From: Amphiscolops sp. MND2022
Lineage: Eukaryota
Direction of reading: 5' to 3'
DNA length: 64,000 nucleotides
NCBI GenBank assembly: GCA_964187785.1
Contig: OZ076409.1
Coordinates: 21,144,001 to 21,208,000, forward strand
Made by a program: the position numbers and the translations under genes. Below, in pieces: positions 53,309-62,480 of this stretch. The notes below the pieces were generated by a model that saw nothing but the letters and a program-made list of their open reading frames with translations, did no database searches and had not been told where the DNA came from. The first letter of the stretch is position 1. Each line of letters opens with the position of its first letter.

Positions 53309-54965
53309 TTATCCGGAATGGCGTTTTACAGATAGGAAATTCACCGCCAGAAGCTGTAAAACGCCAGCAAATTGGTCTCTCGGAGTTTAAAACGCCAGCT
53401 GCGAAACAACTTCGAATTTGCTTTCGGAATCATTTGCAAACGCTTTAGGAGGTGTTTTTGTGCATGTTTGTAGTCATTTCTTCTTGTTCTTATCGAAATT
53501 TTTAGGTCTTGCCGTATCTGGCGGTTTACCACACCTCCGCTTTTACTAGCATTTACAAGCAAAATTTCGATTAACGCTTGGAGGTTGATTTCATGGGAAG
53601 GGCGAGCGGGAATCAACGTTGAAGGAATAACATCTAAAAGCATTGTAGGAATAACTTCTACGACCATGACATGCTCATTCCGTATCATAATACATTGAAA
53701 TTCAGACGTTATTCCTTAGACGTTGTTCCATCCGCTAATGAGGAGAGCGGAATAAGACCTACGGAATAAGACTTGAATCGAAAACGAGATATTACCTAAC
53801 ATGTATTTCATTTATCGGGGATAAGACCTAAAGTTGCCTCTACTTTTTCATTTTAGTTCTTTTTCTTTTAGGTCTTACTCTTTTTGAATTTTTAGGTCTT
53901 GTTCGTGGTCACCATTTTATGGATATTTCGATTCAGAGTACTGGCTCGTACATTTCCTGCAATTCCAGGCCTGTTTTCTAGGTCTCCAATCCTTTCTTTT
54001 GTGATTCTAAATGGTCCTTGCCGTCAAGAGCACGCGTTTTTGTTGTCCCAAACAGAATTTCTACACTGGATAAGATTAATTCAAATGCGCACTCATTCAC
54101 CTCTAATGGGGAAACCTCTTTTAGATGGAGAAGTTACATATTCATATCTCGAGCCAGTATTTCCTCAGTCAACTGCAGATGGCTTTGATATTGTCTACTC
54201 TTATGCAATATTGTTGGTGTGTGTGTGTTAAGGTGTTATTTTTGATTCACTGTTACTGTTTTAACGCTGTTTTAGTTGATATTCATGAGTTTACACGCTG
54301 AATCAGGTGATATACCTACCGAAGATGCTAGATGTGAAAATTTGATCCATGCCACTTTATTAGTTCAGAAAAATATTGCAACAAACTTATGAATATTTTT
54401 GAAAATGTTATCAAACGCAGGTGTGATTTTTTTGCTGTATGCGTGAAAACCGTATCAGTTAAGCCCAAGCTGAAAACAATCTTTTGGAATTACTTTTTGA
54501 GCTATTACGAACGAAAATCATGTGCTGCGTTTATTACTTGCTATTGCTGCTCCATGTAAATACTTTTGTTTGACATCCATTGATTTATGCTCAGACATAG
54601 CTTAAATCTTCTAGTAGTAGTAGTATGCCATTCTAACGATTTGATTGGAAATCGAAGCCTCTATCCATCGTCTTTGCGTTTAGGCAAATACATGTTTCTT
54701 CAGTTGAATTCCAAGCATACATTTCCGCTCTGTTTCAGAAGAGTAATTGAAGTTATGGATGTTGCTGAAAAAAACCATTCAACTGAACGGCGTGAATCAC
54801 TGCCTGACAAGGCTGATGACATAGATGAACCGAAGGAAGAAATTCTCGATGAAATAGCTATCGTCCTCAGAGTAAATGATTTGTTACTCGACTCAACGAA
54901 GATCAGCGGCGATTGTAAAGAACGTGTTGAGAAGTTGAAACTGTACCACGGAGATAACAGCGCAA

Positions 54966-55427
54966 GTGCTCACAATGAAGTTGGGAACACCCAACTTGTT
55001 GGCCCAAGGACTTCTCCTCAGACCAGGCACAGCCACGCATAACACCGCAATGATCCAGGACGTGTGTGCATCTGTTCCAAATGAGGACCCATCTCTCCTG
55101 CGTTTAGTGCATATACATTGTCCAACACACTGTGGAAAATCCACTTCGCTAAGTGTTGTCAGCCTCGAGTGCTGGATGAAACTCGAGTGCATGATTTGTT
55201 TCATGAAAACAGTCGAAAACCCCACACCCTTGTTCGAATCCTCGAACACTGAGTACCGGCAACAACAAAGGGAGCCTTATCAAATCATTATTGGTGACTG
55301 CCAAGGAGTCTGCAAATGTCTCCGGGTTGTTTGCGAAGAGCACCAGTCTGGATCGATGCAACCCAAATTTAATGGTAAAGAACTGGTATGTATCGTTGAG
55401 AACTTGCTCCCGCTACCAGGAAACTAG
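54966..55427 (+). CDS. Small Cys/His-rich hypothetical protein within element B
   Basis: HIHCPTHCG, CWMKLECMIC and CQGVCKCLRVVCEEH clusters; start uncertain (first ATG at 55050); overlaps ORF 54587-55042. Confidence 0.35.
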   Translation: MLTMKLGTPNLLAQGLLLRPGTATHNTAMIQDVCASVPNEDPSLLRLVHIHCPTHCGKSTSLSVVSLECWMKLECMICFMKTVENPTPLFESSNTEYRQQQREPYQIIIGDCQGVCKCLRVVCEEHQSGSMQPKFNGKELVCIVENLLPLPGN

Positions 55428-56223
55428 ATATAAAGAGTTTTATCGAGCCAATTTTTCGGGAAGCTGATGAAAGATGATCTGTAATCATACTTAACTTATT
55501 TCGTGTTGTAGCTTTCAGTTTGTACAATGAATCTAGAAAGTTTTGTTTTTCAGTAATTTCAAATGATCAGTGAATTAATTCTTAACTTTGTTTTTCGTCT
55601 TTTTTTCTCTCAAATTTTTGGAGTTACGGCACTCGATTTTATTTTTGGAGCTAACGGAAGTCTTGTAGCAACATTGAGGCATGGCCATATGTGTTATTTA
55701 TCAATTGATAATGTTTTTCATAGTTATTAACATATTTCATAAAGTTATTTCATAAGTTAATAACAAATTTTATTCATTGTATGAAACCTCTGGTTGCAAA
55801 TTGGTTAGTTCAAATGTGCAAGAGAGGAGAAATCGAAACACGAAGCTTGCGAGAATGATATGGAAGGAACCACTTTCCATCGAAACCAGTGACGAGTACC
55901 AGCAAGAGAAGCAAGTCGGATGAAAACAAGCACTAGAAGGAGACTGTTGGTTACAGAATGTCTGAAGTTATTAGTTTATTGTCAGCTTTGTTTTGAACTT
56001 TTGCGATGAAGGTTCCACCGATGGGACTCTCAGTACTATCTTTTCATATCCAGTTATGGATACCAGGTTGAGAGCCGTTACACTTTCTTTCCTTTTGGGC
56101 TAACTCTTTTGGAGATAGCCAATTTAGATTCGTTTGATTTACTGCGCGGTGTCAACTTCTCTCAACTCTACATTGTCGGGCCTTGAGGAAGTCTCTCATT
56201 GGCAGTTGAGTCTCAGTGTTATC

Positions 56224-59200
56224 ATGCGACCTCGAAAAGACAACAACGTTGTTGAACTTGATCCGTTCAATTTCATGGACAAAGATCCAGAGCATTTTGA
56301 AGTTAGAGAGGTTCCTGGTGCAGGAAAAGGACTTTTTGCCTCCAGAGATTTCAGAAAAGGAGAATTCCTAATCAATTACAGAGGTACCATCAAAATAGTG
56401 TCAGCCGACAATCCATACTCGTTTGATACAGGGCCACCTGAAGATTTGATCGTTGATTCTTCTGATGACTTGAGTTGTTTTGCACGCTTCATTAACGACA
56501 TTGACCCGTTTCATAAAAAGAATTGTCACCCCAAAAAACTTTACAACTCAGATGGCAAATGGGCAATTGCCTTCTTTGCTACAACATCAATTTCTGCGGG
56601 CGAGGAATTGCGGTATAGCTACAATACCAAAGAAGCTCCTTGGAGACAAACAGCCTACTGGACCAAAAGTGCAGGACTAGCAACCCAAGGTCCCAAGAGC
56701 AAGAAAACGAAACAGGAAAAAGTGCCGGCCAAAGGAAAAGAGGACAGAAAGGCAGCCGCACAGGAACTGATCTCCGCCGAGCAAATGTTATCCGCCGAGC
56801 AAATGTTATCCGCCGAGCAAATGTTATCCGCCGAGCAAATGCTATCTGCCCAGGGACTGCCACCCACCCTAGACATACTGCCCGCCCAAGAAATAATGTC
56901 CGCCCTAGAAAACCTACCCGACCTAGAAATGCTTTCCGCCGAGGAAATGATTTCCGCCGAGGAAATGATTTCCGCCGAGGAAATGTTACCAGCACCAGAA
57001 ATGCAAAGCTACCATGAAATGCTACCCGCTCAGGAAAGGTTGAATGCTGAAATGGTCAATCCAGAGAAGTCAGTTTTGACGAACGAAACAGAACTCGTTA
57101 CAGAACTCGTTACCCAGGAACCAGCTGCCAAGTCGAATGCTGAAATGATCAATCCAGAGATGTCAGTTTTGACGAAAGAAACAGAACCTGTTACAGAACC
57201 TACCCAGGAACCAGGAGCCAAATCGAATGCTGAAATGATCAATCCAGAGAAGTCCGTTTTGACGAACGAAACAGAACCTGTTACCGAACCTACCCAGGAA
57301 CCAGCTGTCAATTCAAATGCTGAAATGATCAATCCAAGGAAATTAGTTTTGACGAATGAAACTGCTACAGAACTATTATTCAATTCTGATGACGACGATT
57401 CACCCGAAGTCTTGCAGAAGGAGAAACGAAATAGGCCAAAAAGAGACAAACTGGAAAAGTGCTTACTTTGCGATTCTGAAGTTTCCAAGATGCGGGACCA
57501 TCTGGTCAATAAACACAAGATGAATGAAAACGCCTTCTTTAAAAAGTTTTTGTCGTCTTATTATTCCACACTAAAAAGCAAGAATTGTTTCCAATGCAAC
57601 ACTTGTCAAAAAAGGTTCGCTTTCAGGTATAACCATCCCAAGTCGCACCAACTAACCGTCATACGTGACAGGAAAAACATTGAATTTTTCCCTGAGCAAT
57701 TTCGATTGGCAATTTTATCGACGAGGGAAAAGCAATCTGCACGGCCATCCCTGCAGTTTGTCAATGATTTCGTTGCTCACCAAGATGACCTGCTCCAAGA
57801 AGGAGAGTATGTTAATGTCACTCGTTACTCAACCAGTGTAAAAACTTTTCTCAGCATCGCCATGGAAGAAACTTCCAATTTCGGAGAGAGTTCAAAACTT
57901 GCAGCAATGGTGAAGTCTCATTCACAAGACAAGGGTCTGTCGAAGGCAACCATGGTACATTATTTGTCAACCTTGTCAAAGTTCATCGACTACTTAACCT
58001 TGCACCGTTTTCGCGAATTCCCCCTCATTCGAGAAATTAGATGGAACAAAGTTATAAAAGAAATCAGAATTCCTTATCAGAAAAACTCAAACAAAGAGAA
58101 GCGTGTTGTTCAGAAGGAGAAATTTCTGAAGGTCCCAACGTTCAAGGAGGTAAAGAAGCTTCACAGTAGAGTTTGTTCAGCTTTTGGCGAAGACACCAAG
58201 AAGAAGCATCTGAGCTACAGAGAGTTGCAAGTGTTAAATTTTTTTATACTGTCTGTACGTTTGAACTGTCGTTCGGGGCCAATTCTTGCTTTGAGTTGGG
58301 ACGATGTTGAGACAATTCGGAAAGAAGGGAAACTTGAAACAAACATCCATAAAACTGGTCATCTATACGATGTGATGATTACGATACAAGAGGATCAATA
58401 CCCCTTTCTTAGAAGGCAGAAAGAGCAATTTTTGAAAGAATTCAAAAATGAATCAACTTTGGTATTTGCATCCCCGACCAACACCGTGGAACATAGTGTC
58501 CCCAGGTACCTGAGGGACGTCATCCGAGACAACTTCCGCGACCTGCCGAGAGAAACTTTGAAAAAGGACTTCCATAGTAATTCTTTGAGGAAGATGTGGG
58601 ACACGTACGTCAACGATAATCAAGAAAGCATTCCCGAAAATTTGAGAGAATTACATTTAAAGCAAACAGGTCATTCAGAAAAAACGGCACTAGCTAACTA
58701 TATTGTTCCTGAGGGAATAAACCCAACATTAGAATTGTACCAGCAAACCCTGAACAGAGATGACGCAGAACAAGAAGAGACAGAACACCACAGTGATCCG
58801 GAATGTGAAAAGCCAATGTGCGACAATGTTGAAACGCCTATTCCGGTGGATGCGGAAAGAAGTTTCAACTCAAAAAAGCGTCACAGGTCGAGCTCGAAAG
58901 TCGACGAAGAACCACAGGCGACATGTAGTACTTGGACCAAGCCTTCCAGGAATAAAAATCTCTTAAAAATAAAGAAAAGTGTCGAGTTAGATTGGACCCC
59001 AAGTGCTTCAGAAACAACTTCTGTCTGCCACTCGCCACTGGACTCCGAACGATCACTGGCATCAGCTGAAATTGGAGACGAGAGCCGTTCAAAATACGTG
59101 AAGTCATTGTTCAGTTTCCGAGGCTTCACACCGTCATCGAGTGAGCGGAAAGTCATGCAAATTTTTAGATCGTTTCAAGGACCTTTCACCAAGAAAATAT

Positions 59201-59298
59201 TCCAGAAAATTTTGCTAAAGAATGATGTTGTTTTGAATTCGACAGAATTCAATAGATGTTATCAGAAACTGAAGTTTGCCATTAATGCCTACCTCTGA
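56224..59298 (+). CDS. SET domain - low-complexity repeat linker - C2H2 zinc finger - tyrosine recombinase fusion (~1024 aa from the first ATG)
   Basis: SET: GAGKGLFA, GEFLINYRG, ARFIND, GEELRYSY. Zinc finger: CLLC...RDHLVNKH and CNTC...HPKSH. YR: NCRSGPILALSWDD (R), HKTG (K), HSNSLRK (R), TGHSEKTALANY (H, Y). Single uninterrupted ORF. Confidence 0.92.
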   Translation: MRPRKDNNVVELDPFNFMDKDPEHFEVREVPGAGKGLFASRDFRKGEFLINYRGTIKIVSADNPYSFDTGPPEDLIVDSSDDLSCFARFINDIDPFHKKNCHPKKLYNSDGKWAIAFFATTSISAGEELRYSYNTKEAPWRQTAYWTKSAGLATQGPKSKKTKQEKVPAKGKEDRKAAAQELISAEQMLSAEQMLSAEQMLSAEQMLSAQGLPPTLDILPAQEIMSALENLPDLEMLSAEEMISAEEMISAEEMLPAPEMQSYHEMLPAQERLNAEMVNPEKSVLTNETELVTELVTQEPAAKSNAEMINPEMSVLTKETEPVTEPTQEPGAKSNAEMINPEKSVLTNETEPVTEPTQEPAVNSNAEMINPRKLVLTNETATELLFNSDDDDSPEVLQKEKRNRPKRDKLEKCLLCDSEVSKMRDHLVNKHKMNENAFFKKFLSSYYSTLKSKNCFQCNTCQKRFAFRYNHPKSHQLTVIRDRKNIEFFPEQFRLAILSTREKQSARPSLQFVNDFVAHQDDLLQEGEYVNVTRYSTSVKTFLSIAMEETSNFGESSKLAAMVKSHSQDKGLSKATMVHYLSTLSKFIDYLTLHRFREFPLIREIRWNKVIKEIRIPYQKNSNKEKRVVQKEKFLKVPTFKEVKKLHSRVCSAFGEDTKKKHLSYRELQVLNFFILSVRLNCRSGPILALSWDDVETIRKEGKLETNIHKTGHLYDVMITIQEDQYPFLRRQKEQFLKEFKNESTLVFASPTNTVEHSVPRYLRDVIRDNFRDLPRETLKKDFHSNSLRKMWDTYVNDNQESIPENLRELHLKQTGHSEKTALANYIVPEGINPTLELYQQTLNRDDAEQEETEHHSDPECEKPMCDNVETPIPVDAERSFNSKKRHRSSSKVDEEPQATCSTWTKPSRNKNLLKIKKSVELDWTPSASETTSVCHSPLDSERSLASAEIGDESRSKYVKSLFSFRGFTPSSSERKVMQIFRSFQGPFTKKIFQKILLKNDVVLNSTEFNRCYQKLKFAINAYL
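56761..57365 (+). repeat. Coding tandem repeats: 18-bp (SAEQML/SAEEMI) and ~90-bp (NAEMINPEKSVLTNETEPVTEPTQEPAxxS, ~3.5 copies)
   Basis: Direct reading; all units preserve the reading frame. Confidence 0.92.
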
Positions 59299-59726
59299 AG
59301 TTGCTTAATGTCGTGTGAATTCCATGGAATCAAGCAAATAACGCAACCAAGAAACCAACGTATACCAATCAACCAACGTAACTGCGCAACCAAGAACTCT
59401 AATGGAAAAAGGTCCCACTTCATGAATTACTACTTTGTAACCAAGTAAACTCAATCGGCTGCTTGACCTCCTGTTGGCACGGGACCAGGGTGGGTTGGAT
59501 GGAGGTGCCCACTCATTCCTCAAACCTTGTTGTTTCTAAGTTGTTGTTTCTAAGTTGGGCTCTTTTTCCTTTCCCCCCTCCACACGCTGTGAACACCATC
59601 TTTTTATCTAATGAAATGTATTCAATCATAACTTTTATCTGTCTTTCAGCCAAACAAAGACTAGAATTTAGCTAAAGTTTATAAAAATTGCATAAATTGC
59701 TATCATTTTGACACTATTTACCAATA

Positions 59727-59899
59727 CAGTGGATCCCGGATATAGTCAACGTCTCGAGAATGACTAGTGGTGCTTCTTTTAATCGAACTTTCCTAAAAGT
59801 GGGTTTTCAAAAGATTAAATTGGCATTCGGAGCCAAGATACGCATTGACTATAAGCGGGTATTCCTTATAAGAGGGTTTCTTATATCCGGTATCCACTG
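59727..59899. mobile_element. Tc1/mariner-type MITE nested in element B
   Basis: TA|CAGTGGATCCCGGATATA...TATATCCGGTATCCACTG|TA. A similar right end (TTCCACTG|TA) closes at position 62 of the window. Confidence 0.8.
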
Positions 59900-61154
59900 T
59901 AATTCTTTAGTGTTTGTGATGTGTGGGGGGGGGGAAAGGAAAAAGTTCCCTAAGTTGTTGTTTCTTCCAATCCTGTTGTCCAAGACAACGCAATCTATGT
60001 TTTTTCCATCATTTTTTTGAGTGAATCATTATTTGAGTGAATCATCATCATCATCGAAAACAATCAAGCACCTCAGCTCAATTTACACGTTGTTTTTAAA
60101 TTAGGACGGGTTGCTTTGTTTATACACATCTTGTTTCTGAGTTGTTGTTTCTTTCAATGCTGTTGTTCTAATACAACGCAACCTGTGATTTTTTTCATCA
60201 TTTCCTTTGAATGTTTGAGTGTCTTGCTTGAAAACGATCAAGTACATCAGCTCAATTTACTCGTTATTTAAGTAGCACGAGTTGTTTTATTTTTAGACAT
60301 CCAGTTTCTCTCGCTTCACCTGATCAAGGCCTTTGCCAAGGTGCATTTATATTATACTCTTTAGCTTATCTTTCGTTTTTTTTTCGAGCAGTTGGTTACA
60401 AAGCTTTCAACTGATGAAGATGTTTGTTGACGATGAAGTTGTTGATGATTTTTGTTGATCACGTGTTTGCCACTTTTTCGTTTAGTTTGTTTGGCTCTTC
60501 TATCACGCTACGTTCAGGGGTTTTTGAAAAAACTCAGTAAATGCAGTAACTTCAGTAATGCTGAAATGGTAATTTGATGAAACTACAAATACACGACCCA
60601 TGCAGTAATTGAACTTCAATCACTGGATGGGTCGTGTATATGTAGTTTCATCAAGTTCGTGCATGGGTTCAGTTTACTGCATGGGTTGAACCCTTGCACG
60701 AACCCATGCAGTAATTGCAGTAAATGCGGTAGTTTCAGTAATTGAAATCATCAGTAATCTGAAATCATTCTGAAATCTGAAATCATAGTCAATAATCATT
60801 TCAGTAATCTGAAATGGTAATTTGATGAATCTACATATACACGACCCCCATTTGCTGCCGAATAATTGTGGGAAGTTTGAACTACATCGTGTCGACAGTT
60901 TTGACAATTTGATTAAATTGAGATAGAAAAATCGCAATTTTCACCATTTTTCGATCAATTTTGGCTATTCCTCTAATCGAAAAGTTACGATTTTGATGAA
61001 ACTATATATAAACGACTCCCATTTGCTGCCGAATACTTGAGGGAATTTTGAAACAAATCGTGTCGCCAGCTTTGAAGAATATCAAATAGTTAAACTTTTT
61101 TAATTCACTACATACAGAACCAAGCTTGATTAACTTTGATTTTCAGAACCAAAA

Positions 61155-61576
61155 ATGAATGTCTTCATGAAGACTTTACCAGGAAAAACCATCACCTTGG
61201 AAGTTGAACCTTCCGACACTATCGACAATGTGAAAGCCGAATTCTAAGACAAAGAGGGAATCCCCCTGATCAGCAGCGATTGATCTTCGCTGGCAAGCAA
61301 TTGGAAGATGGTTAGTTTTCAAACTTTTCAATCTGGTTTTGAAGGACTTTTTTGTTTTTTCATTCTTTTGATTGCTGGTGTTGTCAGGGCGAACTGTGCC
61401 AGACTACAACATCCAAAAAGAATCTACGCTTCATCTGGTTCTTCGACTGAGAGCAGGAAAGCAAATGTTTGTGAAATTATTGACTGGCAAGAGAATTTGA
61501 AGGTCGAGCCCTCGGACACCATTGACAATGTGAAGGCTAAATTTGGCTGATTTTTGCTGGAAGCAATTGTCAGATG
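61155..61576 (+). pseudogene. Degenerate polyubiquitin fragment (~1.7 units) with introns
   Basis: [50 protein letters not shown], intron 61311-61387 (GTTAGT...CAG), [23 protein letters not shown], then a second unit ending at the equivalent donor (61577). Contains a stop and frameshifts. Confidence 0.92.
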
Positions 61577-62445
61577 GTAAGTAATTACTTGAAGGGTTGT
61601 AGTTTTTTCGTAAACTGAAAAATTAGCTGAACAACACCCATTTGTTGTCGAATATTTGAGGGGGTTTGAACCAAATCGTGTCGACAGTTTTTCTGGAAAA
61701 ATAATTAAATTGAGGAATTTTCTTCGGAAACAACAACCCGAAAATTTCCTGATTGTGAGACAAGTTAGTTAAATACTTATCGTTTGATCAGCAATAATTG
61801 CAAAATCGCGTCCCACTGTAATTGTACGGGAAATTTCAGTACCCGGGAAGTTTTAGTGTAGAAAAGCACTTTTAACAACCTGAGGTAAAATTTAATTCTG
61901 AATTAAATTCTTCCAAAACATGATTCAAAAGGTTGTTTTTTTCAACTTGTTAGCTGAAAATAAGAGCCGTATACTGGATGTTTGTTTTATGCCGTATACT
62001 TGATGTTTTGAATGAATTTAATTCTGAACTGAATTCATTTAAAATATGATCCAAAAGGTTGTTGTTTTTTTAAACGTGGTAGCTGAAAAAAATAAGCTGT
62101 GTACTTGATGTTTGTTTGAAGATGTTTGTGTTATTGTGTTGCTTAGTTTGTTGATCTTTGTGTTGCTGTCATTGTTGATAACTAGTAGCAAAAACATTAG
62201 AATTTGTTAATGTTATTTGTCATTTAATGCCAGTAGTAATAAATGGCAGTTTTAATTCAACGCCATTTTTTAATGAAACGCCAGTCGTAGTGGTAAGCCA
62301 GTAGTAGTCTACTTCAGTAAAACGCCAGTAGTAGTCTACTTTAGTAAAACGCCATTCGTTTCTCGCCAGATATAATCAATCACCAACATTAGTAATGCGC
62401 CAGTTGTAATAAAATGCCGTTTTTCTGCGAAACGCCATTGAGGAC

Positions 62446-62447
<2 letters not shown>

Positions 62448-62480
<33 letters not shown>
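62448..62480 (+). repeat. (GTA)11 spacer between elements B and C
   Basis: CAA-(GTA)11-TTAT junction. Confidence 0.97.

Larger units (their letters stand above)
53309..62447 (+). mobile_element. Element B: 9.1-kb tyrosine-recombinase (Crypton-like) DNA transposon inserted in (GTA)n
   Basis: 24-bp imperfect TIR (TTATCCGGAATGGCGTTTTACAGA vs reverse-complement right end TTGTCCTCAATGGCGTTTCGCAGA, 19/24); AAACGCCA motifs clustered at both ends; (GTA)n on both sides; encodes a YR fusion; no RT. Confidence 0.88.

Noticed and set aside
54612..54625. Internal TAGTAGTAGTAGTA as a further element junction
   Set aside because: Lacks the CAA and TTAT flanks and adjacent inverted repeats.
56579..57518. 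Repetitive overlapping ORFs (RRITFA, RRANVI, ICSADN)
   Set aside because: Alternate-frame shadows of the coding tandem repeats of SET-YR.
61155..61576. Functional ubiquitin gene
   Set aside because: In-frame TAA, frameshifts, C-terminal LRAG instead of LRGG, and a deletion in the second unit.
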